The notes under the pieces: model-generated | The model's input: the letters and a program-made list of their open reading frames with translations, nothing else | Databases searched by the model: none | Told to the model about the DNA's origin: nothing | Program-made: the position numbers and the translations under genes | Assembly: GCA_035695105.1 (NCBI GenBank) | Contig: DASSEV010000004.1 | Coordinates: 21,757-85,756, forward strand | Direction of reading: 5' to 3' | DNA from: Gaiellales bacterium | GTDB lineage: Bacteria; Actinomycetota; Thermoleophilia; Gaiellales; JAICJC01 | Length of the DNA: 64,000 bases | In this document: positions 44,669 to 52,757 of the stretch, in pieces | Position numbering within the stretch: position 1 is the first letter of the stretch | Layout: the number at the start of each line of letters is the position of its first letter

Positions 44669-47600
44669 TCATGCCGCTAGGCGCCTCGTCTCCGTCTCGT
44701 CGAATACGTCGAGCGCCGCGCTGATCCCACCCAGACCTACTGGCACGTGATGGGGAGGCGTCGCAAGTGCCTGGTGGATCGCCGCAGCGAGCGCGCTGGC
44801 GCCGCGGCCCGCGTCCACGACCTGTGCGACGTCCCACTCGGACAGTCGACGCGCTCGGATCTGTTGCTCCATGCTGGGCCCGGGGCGCGGTGTGAGCACG
44901 GCCGGGGTGTGGAAGGACAGGATGTCGCAGACGGTGTTGTAGCCGGCCATGGCGACCACGCAGTCGGCGGCTGCGATGGTGCGCCGCAGTTCTGGCACGA
45001 CGCGCTCCACGGTGACGCCCGCACGTCGCCCGAGTTCGGCGAGTCGTTGGTGATCGGCGAGTGGCATCAGCGGACCGGTGACGGCAAGCCAGGATCCGCC
45101 GAGGTCAGGGGCCAACAAGGCGGCTGTTGCAATGAAATGCTCGAGGCCTTCGGCGCCATCAACGCCGCCCCCGCTGGTTGCGACGATCAGCGGATGCTGC
45201 GGCGGCTCCACAGGGTTATCGGGGCGCGTGCGGCCGAGGTAGCCGCAGTACCGCACACGCCCGGCGAGGTCGCCTTCGAGGCCGTAGGCTTCAGCGAAGT
45301 CGGTCATCGCCGGGTCGCCATAGACACAGATGTCGTGGTAGTGGCGACGAAGTGTGTCGTAGACATTTGTCTCCTGCCAGAGGGTGCGGACGAAGTCAGG
45401 CTCATCGATCACGTCTCGGAAGCCGGCGACCGCACGGCCGCCCTGGCGTTCCAGCGCCTGGAGGGCGGGGAGCAGCTCGCCGTAGGGCCCGGCAGGCATG
45501 AAATCCGCGACGAGGACGCCGGGGCGGAAGCGCTCCACCGTTTCTTCCAGGATGCTTGCGCGCATGGCGGAGACGGCGTCGGTGGGGAGGGCCAGGTCGC
45601 GTGGCGCCCAGTTGCGATACCTGTCGGTCATCACGAGCGAGGGCAGCTTCAGGTAGTCGACGCCCTCGGGGATGGCGAACATGGAGGCAGCATGCGAGCC
45701 GGTGACAACCAGTACGGAGGCAGACGGGTGGCGCTGCTTGTATGCACCTGCGAGGTCAAGTTGGCGCTGCGCGTGTCCCACGCCGACGCCGTTGTGTGAG
45801 TAGAAGAGGATGCGATGCTCCGTGCCATCGGGGGCGGGCCTGCGGGCCTGTACAGGTTGCAGTGCCCCTGTCAGGCGCCGGTAGGTTGGGCAGGAGCGGC
45901 TGAGTTCGGCATCGGTGCCGCGGGCGACGACGCGGCCTGCGTCGAGCACGATGATCGCGTCGGCTCGCTTGGCGAGTCGCATGTCGTGGGTGACGAGGAT
46001 GGTGGTCGTGCGGCCGATCAGCTGCTCGACGGCGGCGATCACCTCCTCCTGGGTGGCCTCGTCGAGGCTGGCGGTGGGCTCGTCGAGGAGCAGGATCGGC
46101 GATCGGCGGACGAGCGCACGGGCGAGTGCGATGCGTTGCCGCTGCCCGCCCGAGAGCGAGGATCCGCGCTCGCTGATGACGGTCTCATAGCCGTCGGGCA
46201 GCGCCACGACGAAGCCGTGGATGCCGGCGGCGGTCGCTGCCGCGACGACCTCCTCGTCGGTCGCGTCCGGTTGGCCGTAGCGGATGTTGTCTGCGATAGA
46301 GAGGCCAAACAACACCGAGTCTTGGAGCACCACTGAGACCTGGGAGCGCAGCGAGTCGAGTGTCAGCGTGCGCAGGTCGTGGCCGTCGATGCACACCGTG
46401 CCCGTGGTCGGGTCGTGCAGGCGGGGAAGCAGGCTGAGGAGGGTCGACTTGCCGCTCCCGGTCTCGCCAACCACCGCGACGGTACTCCCGGCCGGGATCG
46501 TGAGGTCGACCTTCTCGAGCGCGCGGTGGCCGTTGGCATATGCGAAGTCCACGCCGGTCAGAGTGATCTCGCCGCGGAAGGGCGATGCCACGACTGCGTC
46601 GGGGGCGTCGGTCAGATCCGGCTCAGTGTCGAGGATCTCGACGACGCGCTCGGCCGCTGCCAGCGCCTTCGCGCCGCGCTGGACGGTCTTCGACGCCCGC
46701 TGGAGTGGGCGGTAGGCGGCGCGCAGGTAGCTGACAAAGACGATCAGGTCACCGGGGGTGATGGCGCCGTGCAGCGCGCGTAGCGTGCCCATGGTCATGA
46801 TTACCGCGAGGCCGCCTGCGATTGTGATCTCGACGCTGCGGTTCATCTGCGCCTCGAGGCGGGTTGCCTTGATGCCCTGCTTGAGGCTGCGCCGGTTGAT
46901 GTCGTGGAACCGCTCCTGCTCGCGTTGCTCGGCGCCGTGCAGCTGCACCACCGCCATCGACGAGATCGCCTCGTGCATGGCCGCGGCTACCTCGCCCTCG
47001 CGCTTGCGTTGCTTCTTTGAGTTCTCACGAATCCGCCGGCCATACAGCCATGTGAATCCGGTGATCAGGGGCATCACCGCAAGCGACACCGCAGTCAAGA
47101 GCGGGTCGACCGCCAGCATCACGGCCAGCATCATCATCAGCATGATCGCGCCGGTGCCCAGGTTGACGACGGAGTCGACGACGATGTCGCGCAGCAGGAT
47201 GATGTCCGACGACAAGCGGACCAGCGTGTCGCCGGTGCGCCGCTGCTGGTGAAAGCTGATCGGCAGGCGATGCAGGTGCCGGTACAGCCGCGAGCGGATC
47301 GAATAGACGATCTCCTGTGCAGCCTTCGACAGAAGAAAGTCCTCGTAGTAGTAGGAGATGCCGCGCACCAAGCCGGCAAGGCCGAGCAGCAGCCCGGCTG
47401 CGAGCAGGATGTCGGTCGGCTGCGTCCCAAATGGCGTGAATAGCGGCACCCACCAGCCCTGTGCCGGCTTGTGGTAGAGCACCTGGTCGAACACCACCTT
47501 GATCGGCCACGGCTCGGCGACCCGCGCCGCGGCGTAGAGCGCGCCGAAGCACGCACCGCCAACCAGCGTGCCGCGGCGCTTGCGTATGTCGCGGCGAAAG

Positions 47601-47698
47601 TAGGAGAGGATCACGCGCCACTGCGTCCACCGCGGCGGCGGACCGGTCGCCTCCGCCTCCTCGTCGACGGGCTGCTCGAGAGTCGGCTCGAAGGTCAC
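44669..47698 (-). CDS. Fusion protein: MsbA-type ABC exporter (TMD+NBD, aa 1-612) + GT-B glycosyltransferase-like domain (aa ~628-1009)
   Basis: Track ORF 1009 aa. 6 TM helices; Walker A GETGSGKST, LSGGQRQR, ILLLDEPTASLD. Then HRILFYSHNGVGVGHAQRQL...ATSGGGVDG...AMAGYNTVCD, which looks like a MurG/GT28/COG4671-like fold. GTGA coupling to the epimerase gene. Confidence 0.85.
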   Translation of the reverse strand: MTFEPTLEQPVDEEAEATGPPPRWTQWRVILSYFRRDIRKRRGTLVGGACFGALYAAARVAEPWPIKVVFDQVLYHKPAQGWWVPLFTPFGTQPTDILLAAGLLLGLAGLVRGISYYYEDFLLSKAAQEIVYSIRSRLYRHLHRLPISFHQQRRTGDTLVRLSSDIILLRDIVVDSVVNLGTGAIMLMMMLAVMLAVDPLLTAVSLAVMPLITGFTWLYGRRIRENSKKQRKREGEVAAAMHEAISSMAVVQLHGAEQREQERFHDINRRSLKQGIKATRLEAQMNRSVEITIAGGLAVIMTMGTLRALHGAITPGDLIVFVSYLRAAYRPLQRASKTVQRGAKALAAAERVVEILDTEPDLTDAPDAVVASPFRGEITLTGVDFAYANGHRALEKVDLTIPAGSTVAVVGETGSGKSTLLSLLPRLHDPTTGTVCIDGHDLRTLTLDSLRSQVSVVLQDSVLFGLSIADNIRYGQPDATDEEVVAAATAAGIHGFVVALPDGYETVISERGSSLSGGQRQRIALARALVRRSPILLLDEPTASLDEATQEEVIAAVEQLIGRTTTILVTHDMRLAKRADAIIVLDAGRVVARGTDAELSRSCPTYRRLTGALQPVQARRPAPDGTEHRILFYSHNGVGVGHAQRQLDLAGAYKQRHPSASVLVVTGSHAASMFAIPEGVDYLKLPSLVMTDRYRNWAPRDLALPTDAVSAMRASILEETVERFRPGVLVADFMPAGPYGELLPALQALERQGGRAVAGFRDVIDEPDFVRTLWQETNVYDTLRRHYHDICVYGDPAMTDFAEAYGLEGDLAGRVRYCGYLGRTRPDNPVEPPQHPLIVATSGGGVDGAEGLEHFIATAALLAPDLGGSWLAVTGPLMPLADHQRLAELGRRAGVTVERVVPELRRTIAAADCVVAMAGYNTVCDILSFHTPAVLTPRPGPSMEQQIRARRLSEWDVAQVVDAGRGASALAAAIHQALATPPHHVPVGLGGISAALDVFDETETRRLAA

Positions 47699-48645
47699 GC
47701 TGCCATCCGCCCGAGTCCCCCGCGCAGGGAGTACCCGACCTGCTGTGCGATGCCGTCGGCCAAGCCCATGGTCGGCCGGTAGCCCAGATCCGCAACCGCT
47801 GCCGTCAAGTCGGCGCGCGTATGGCGGGCATCCCCCCGGGCAGCCTCGGCGAACCTAACCGTAGCTGTTCGGCCAACTGCACGCTCGATCTCCGTGATCG
47901 CCTCGAGTAGTGTCGCGGTTTCGCCGCCACTGACGTTGTAGCTCGGCCGCTCGCCGTGTTCGGCGGCGGCGATGGTGGCGGCCACCGCGTCGCCGACATA
48001 GGTGAAATCGCGGCGCTGGTGGCCATCGCCGAAGACGGTGATTGGCACTCCCTCGGCGATCCTGTCGATGAACTGGGCAAACGCCATCTCCGGCCGCTGT
48101 CTCGGACCGTACACGGTGAAGTAGCGAAGCGACACCGCAGAAAGCCCGCGGCCGCGCCGATAGACGTCGATCAGATCCTCGCACGCAGCCTTGGTCAGCC
48201 CGTAGGGCGAGATCGGACTGCGTGGCGCCGTCTCCGGGAGCGACCCTTCGGCCGTGCCTCCATAGACGGACGAGGAGGAGGCGAACACGAACCTGCCCAC
48301 GCCGCCATGTGTGCATGCCTCCAGAAGCCGCTGCGTCGCCACCAGATTGCGCGTCGTGTAGAGCTCGAAGCCGCCCCAACTCGTGCGCACGCCCGGCTGT
48401 CCGGCCAGATGGAACACCACCTCAGCGTCGGCCACGAGGGCGTCGAGCGAAGCGGTCGCAAGGTCGGCCTCGACCACACGGAGTCCCCTGCTGCGGGCCG
48501 GTTCAAGGTTGGCCCGCTTCCGGATCGGGTCGTAGTAGTCGGTGAAACAGTCCACACCGACGGTTGGGTAGCCGGCCCGGAGGAGCGCGTCGCAAAGGTG
48601 CGACCCGATGAACCCGGCCGCGCCGGTGACCAGGCAGCGATTCAC
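47695..48645 (-). CDS. NAD-dependent sugar-nucleotide epimerase/dehydratase (SDR; UDP-glucuronate/UDP-glucose 4-epimerase-like)
   Basis: Track ORF 47695..48663. GTG at 48645 (VNRCLVTGAAGFIGSH) overlaps the upstream stop as GTGA. YGLTK catalytic motif present. Confidence 0.88.
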   Translation of the reverse strand: MNRCLVTGAAGFIGSHLCDALLRAGYPTVGVDCFTDYYDPIRKRANLEPARSRGLRVVEADLATASLDALVADAEVVFHLAGQPGVRTSWGGFELYTTRNLVATQRLLEACTHGGVGRFVFASSSSVYGGTAEGSLPETAPRSPISPYGLTKAACEDLIDVYRRGRGLSAVSLRYFTVYGPRQRPEMAFAQFIDRIAEGVPITVFGDGHQRRDFTYVGDAVAATIAAAEHGERPSYNVSGGETATLLEAITEIERAVGRTATVRFAEAARGDARHTRADLTAAVADLGYRPTMGLADGIAQQVGYSLRGGLGRMAA

Positions 48646-49793
48646 GCTGCCCGCCTCGCGCAAAGCGCGTGGACGACGTCGATGACCCGCGTGGCGTTGC
48701 CCTGCCAGGTGTGAGTGGAAAGAACGTACTCGCGGGCGGCACTGGCCAGCTGCTCGACCACGGCCGGCTCCGTAGCCAGATCAACCAGCGCCCTGGCCAG
48801 CGACGCCGCGTCCCCCGGGCGTACGAGGACGCCGCGGGAGCCGCCGCCGAGCAAGTCGCGGATCTGACCGAGGTCGGAGGCAACCGGGCAGACACCGGCT
48901 GCCATGTACTCGACCACCTTCAACGGCGAGAAGTAGAAGCCGGGCACGTCATGGTAGGGGGCAAGGCCGGCGTGCCAGCCTTGCATCATGCGGATTGCCT
49001 CGGCGTGATCTACATGGCCGAAGACGGTCACCCGATACTTCGGTAGGACGGCGCGATCGATCGCCGAGCGCATCGGGCCGTCCCCGACGATTTCCAGACG
49101 GAGTGACGGTTGCTCCGACATGGCCGACTGACAGGCTTCGAGCATTACGTCGATGCCGTGCCATGGCTTGAGGCTGCCCGCGAACCCGACCACAAACCGG
49201 TCACCAAGCCCCTGGGCACGGCCCGAAAACTGCGACGGGTCAATCGCATTCGGCATTACCTCTATCGGGGCGGTGCAGCCCATGCTCTGCAGCCACTCGG
49301 CCAGCGCCGCGGAGACGGCGTAGATGGCATCCGTCCCCGCGAGCACCTCTCGCTCGGCTAGGGCTGCCATCTCGGGATGTGGCAGGGTACGGAAGCGCGC
49401 CGCCTCGGCGCGAAGCGGCGCGTTCACCTCGAGCACGTGCGGTATCGACAACCGCGATGCGGCACGGACGCCTGCGACCGAGAACAACGAGAACCGCTCG
49501 TAGATCACGTCTGCATGCAGGCCACGCGCGATCCGCTCCACCGCCACGCTCTGCTCCTCCATCGCGTAGCGGAGCCCCGCATCAGTCAGCTGCTTGGGCA
49601 ACACAGGGGGAATCGAGGCAAGCGTGACCTCGCTGCGGAAGTGTGCTCCTTCGTCGCCGACCCGCGGCGAGGCGATCGCCACCATCGCCCCGCACTGCTC
49701 CATCGCCTGGGCGAGCTCACGCACGTGAACTGATGCGCCCTTGTGCCCAAGCACGGGCACACCCGGGTCCGCGCTGAGATAAAGGATCCGCAC
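48642..49793 (-). CDS. GT4-family glycosyltransferase
   Basis: Track ORF 383 aa, (M)RILYLSADPGVPVLGHKGASVHVRELA... C-terminal region has the E-x7-E-type motif FSPLKVVEYMAAG. Confidence 0.88.
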   Translation of the reverse strand: MRILYLSADPGVPVLGHKGASVHVRELAQAMEQCGAMVAIASPRVGDEGAHFRSEVTLASIPPVLPKQLTDAGLRYAMEEQSVAVERIARGLHADVIYERFSLFSVAGVRAASRLSIPHVLEVNAPLRAEAARFRTLPHPEMAALAEREVLAGTDAIYAVSAALAEWLQSMGCTAPIEVMPNAIDPSQFSGRAQGLGDRFVVGFAGSLKPWHGIDVMLEACQSAMSEQPSLRLEIVGDGPMRSAIDRAVLPKYRVTVFGHVDHAEAIRMMQGWHAGLAPYHDVPGFYFSPLKVVEYMAAGVCPVASDLGQIRDLLGGGSRGVLVRPGDAASLARALVDLATEPAVVEQLASAAREYVLSTHTWQGNATRVIDVVHALCARRAA

Positions 49794-51062
49794 CTACGCC
49801 GCCCTTCTCAGCTGATCGGCCGCGAGCGCATGCACCGGCGGCGGTACAAGGCCTGCCTTTAGCAATGTGTGATGGACGATGGGCAGCGTCTGTTCTCGGT
49901 GGAATCTCTTCGCGATTCGATCTCGCCCGGCAGCGCCCATCGCCTCGCGGAGGTCGGCGGACGCGGCGAGTCGCTCTAGCGATGCGGCGAGTGCGGCCGG
50001 GTCATCCGGCGCTGACAGCAGCCCAGAGTCACCGTTGATCACCGCCTCACGTACGCCGGCCAGCGTGGTAGACGCGACCGGTAGCCCGTGCGCCATCGCC
50101 TCGAGCAGCACGTTGGGGATACCGTCGCGGTCGCCGTCGGCGAGCTTTCTGCACGCTAGCGCAAAGACGTCTGCGGCCAGGTACTCGGACTCCACCTCGG
50201 CCGGCGTAAGGGGGCCGAGGAACGACACGCGGTCGGCCACATCCAACTCGTGCACCAGACGCTGCAGGGTCGGCCACTCGGGCCCCTCACCGGCGATGCG
50301 AACCTGAACGTCGACGCCTTGGTCGCGCATCACCGCAGCGGCCCGAATCAGTGTGTCGTGTCCTTTCTTCTCGACCAGCCTCCCGACGCTCAACACGACG
50401 GGCACCGCGTTGGCCTGCGCCGACCGCGCCGGCCGGCTCGCATCGACACCGTGCATCGCCAGCACGACGGGCGTTTGGCTGTCAGCGAGTTGGGCGAGAC
50501 GGGCACGCCCCTCCTCAGTGCAGGTCAGGACAACCCGCGCGTCGCGCACCTTCGCGGCAAGCTCGCGTTCGGGTGTACACCAGATGTCCTTCGCATGCGC
50601 CGACATGCCGTACGGCAGCCCTGCCAGCAGTGCGGCGAAGCGGCCAACCGTGGCCGGCTTGTGGGCGAAGTGCAGATACATCGAACGGGCGCCAAGCCGG
50701 AGTGCGAGATGGCCGACCAGCGCAGCTCGATCGAGGTTCGTGCGGGAGAAATCGGGCGACGCGATGGCGCGCGCCACACCGTCGAGGTAGGCCGCGCGGC
50801 GGCGCAGCAACAGCGCGCCGTGGGCAGCACGGACCACCAGACGTGCCGCCGCTCCGGTCAAGTCAGGCACGTACGTGACCTCAGCGCGCAACGCAGCCAG
50901 AGCCTCCTGCTGGACAGCCTCCTCGGGTCGGCGCATCGCGACGATGTGCAGCCGCACCCCACGCCGTTCCAGGTCGAGTAGCTCGTGAAGGACGAACGTC
51001 TCCGACAGGCGCGGAAACCCGTTCACCACGACCATCATGTCCACCGACGTCCGACCACGCAT
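49794..51062 (-). CDS. GT4-family glycosyltransferase (WcaL-like)
   Basis: Track ORF 49794..51095, ...MMVVVNGFPRLSETFVLHELLDLERRGVRLHIVA...NVLLEAMAHGLPV. The start is ambiguous (51038, 51062 or 51068). Confidence 0.85.
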   Translation of the reverse strand: MRGRTSVDMMVVVNGFPRLSETFVLHELLDLERRGVRLHIVAMRRPEEAVQQEALAALRAEVTYVPDLTGAAARLVVRAAHGALLLRRRAAYLDGVARAIASPDFSRTNLDRAALVGHLALRLGARSMYLHFAHKPATVGRFAALLAGLPYGMSAHAKDIWCTPERELAAKVRDARVVLTCTEEGRARLAQLADSQTPVVLAMHGVDASRPARSAQANAVPVVLSVGRLVEKKGHDTLIRAAAVMRDQGVDVQVRIAGEGPEWPTLQRLVHELDVADRVSFLGPLTPAEVESEYLAADVFALACRKLADGDRDGIPNVLLEAMAHGLPVASTTLAGVREAVINGDSGLLSAPDDPAALAASLERLAASADLREAMGAAGRDRIAKRFHREQTLPIVHHTLLKAGLVPPPVHALAADQLRRAA

Positions 51063-51173
51063 CACCACGCGAACCTCCTGATCGCCATGCTCCACGTTGG
51101 TTGAGACACTCCAGGCGCGACATACCTGCGCCGTCTTGCCGAAGATCCCCCAACCGAGGGAGCTCGGGCAGGT

Positions 51174-51234
51174 CGATTAGGAGTCGCCGCCGCAGGTTCC
51201 CGAGCTGGGCGACCCGCGCACCAACTCCTAATCG
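51174..51234. repeat. Perfect 11-bp inverted repeat with 39-nt spacer
   Basis: CGATTAGGAGT (51174-51184) and ACTCCTAATCG (51224-51234). The arms are AT-richer than the surroundings. It lies in a non-coding gap between the glycan operon and the broken oxidoreductase gene. Confidence 0.6.
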
Positions 51235-51466
51235 GCAGCCAGGCGGCGGAAGAACAGCACCCCAATCACAGCCCGATTGGTCACCGGGCCACGCCGGATC
51301 CGAGCCGCGAGCGCTGCGCCGGATGCGACCGTCGGATCGCGTCGGAGAGCGGCCGCGGGATGCTCACCGGTGGCGTCACGGTGGCCAACGTCGTCGTCTA
51401 CTTCGGGCGGCGGAGCATTCCGATTCGACCTGCGTATGGGGGCGGGTTCACCAACGGGAGGTCACG

Positions 51467-51671
51467 ATGCGCGTGGCAATCATCGGCGCGGGCAATGTGC
51501 GGTCCGCCATCGCGGAAGCCGCGGCAAGAACCGGTCACGAGGCGATCGTCGCTGCGAAGGAGCCCAGCCGCGCTGAGGATCTGGCGAAGCGATTGAGCGT
51601 CGAGAAGCGCCGGCAGCGTGGCCGAGGCCGCCTCCGAGGGTGACATGATCGTGTTAGCGATCCCGTACGGT
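51467..51671 (+). pseudogene. NADP oxidoreductase (F420-dependent/ProC-like Rossmann) N-terminal fragment, frameshifted
   Basis: RBS GGGAGG precedes ATG at 51467. Reads MRVAIIGAGNVRSAIAEAAARTGHEAIVAAKEPSRAEDLAKRL... The frame then breaks near 51600 and continues in another frame as GSVAEAASEGDMIVLAIPYG. Confidence 0.6.
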
Positions 51672-51854
51672 ATTGAATGCCTTGACGACGTGCGCGCCGC
51701 CCAATCGGCCTTGGATCTCTTCGGCACCCGACCGCCCGGTCACAGCCAGACCGCTGTAGTCGTCCTTGAGAGGATTCGTCGCATCGATCACGGTCTTTCC
51801 CCGTGCGGCGTCGCGCATCTCCTCCGCTACCTCCGACGTTGCGCCATAGCTGGG
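51666..51854 (-). pseudogene. Central fragment of the same NADP oxidoreductase family, in inverted orientation
   Basis: Minus-strand translation reads PSYGATSEVAEEMRDAARGKTVIDATNPLKDDYSGLAVTGRSGAEEIQGRLGGAHVVKAFNTV. It abuts the plus-strand fragment at the palindrome CCGTACGG (51663-51670). Confidence 0.55.
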
Positions 51855-52078
51855 CTGCTGACCCTCAACGCAACCGCGAATCGAGCCCAATGCGTGCCAT
51901 GCCCCGTGAACAACCATCATCGCGTCGGCCTCGTCTGCTCGTGTTCGCGGCAGCTGCGGGCGTGGCGCTGGTGACCGTCCTGCTCGCATTTGTCGCACAG
52001 AGCCGGTCGTCAGCAGCCGAGCCGGCCAGGCGGTTGTTTCCCGCGCCGCCACGCCGCAGCTGGCGCCTGTCGGGAACC

Positions 52079-52126
52079 GCGATAGCGGAGGAGGGACTCG
52101 AACCCCCGACACGCGGATTATGATTC
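52079..52126 (-). repeat. att-like direct repeat: exact 48-nt copy of the 3' half of tRNA-Met plus 4 nt downstream
   Basis: GCGATAGCGGAGGAGGGACTCGAACCCCCGACACGCGGATTATGATTC is identical at 52079-52126 and 54165-54212 (checked base by base). It diverges within the 5' strand of the anticodon stem. Confidence 0.9.
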
Positions 52127-52757
52127 ACCGCCGCCGTCTCGGCCGGTCTCGGTGGATCTGGCTTCTGAGCGGAATCTGGGCGTTCCCGGGCTGATGGATC
52201 TCGCCTGATCTCTGTGGGTCTGAGTGACCCCAAAGTGACACCCGGGACGTCCGGGAGACCGACTTGCAGCACCGGCCTGCCTCACTCTTGGGCTCCGTGA
52301 GCGCCGCCTGCCCCGTAGACATGGCCGGTGACGGCCTGCCAGCAGTACGGCACTGAGAATCGAGATCGGGCGAAGTCCTGCGTGGAGCACGCCGAGCCGG
52401 TCGCAGAAGCCTTACGTCGCGCCGTTCGAATACGCTGAGACGCGCCGCACGCTTGCCATGTCGCGGACGCCTTGTGCGGGGCGGGCGGAGGCTCCGAGTC
52501 GGCCGCCCCGCTGCTGGTAGGTTCCGCGGGGGCGCTCAGCCGGCGGCTGATGGCTGTATCTTGCGGCGGCCGGCTCGCTTATCCAACAGCCGCGAGCCAC
52601 GCTGCACGTGACCAGGTGCACCATGAACGAGTTTCGAACGGCGACTGCCTCTCAAGCGACGGGAGCAGCTGGCTGGGGCGAGCCGCGACCTCGCCGGCCG
52701 AACGCCGCCGCGTTTCCGGTGACGCGCACTACCGCGTCGGAGAGCGCCGACTGACGC

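Noticed and set aside
40049-52149. 16-nt identity CCGTCTCGGCCGGTCT at 40049-40064 and 52134-52149, i.e. near both ends of the low-GC block. Considered as a possible outer att or terminal repeat.
   Set aside because: In 64 kb of GC-biased DNA, about one chance 16-mer repeat is expected, and the flanks do not align. I keep it only as a hint to test with the full genome.
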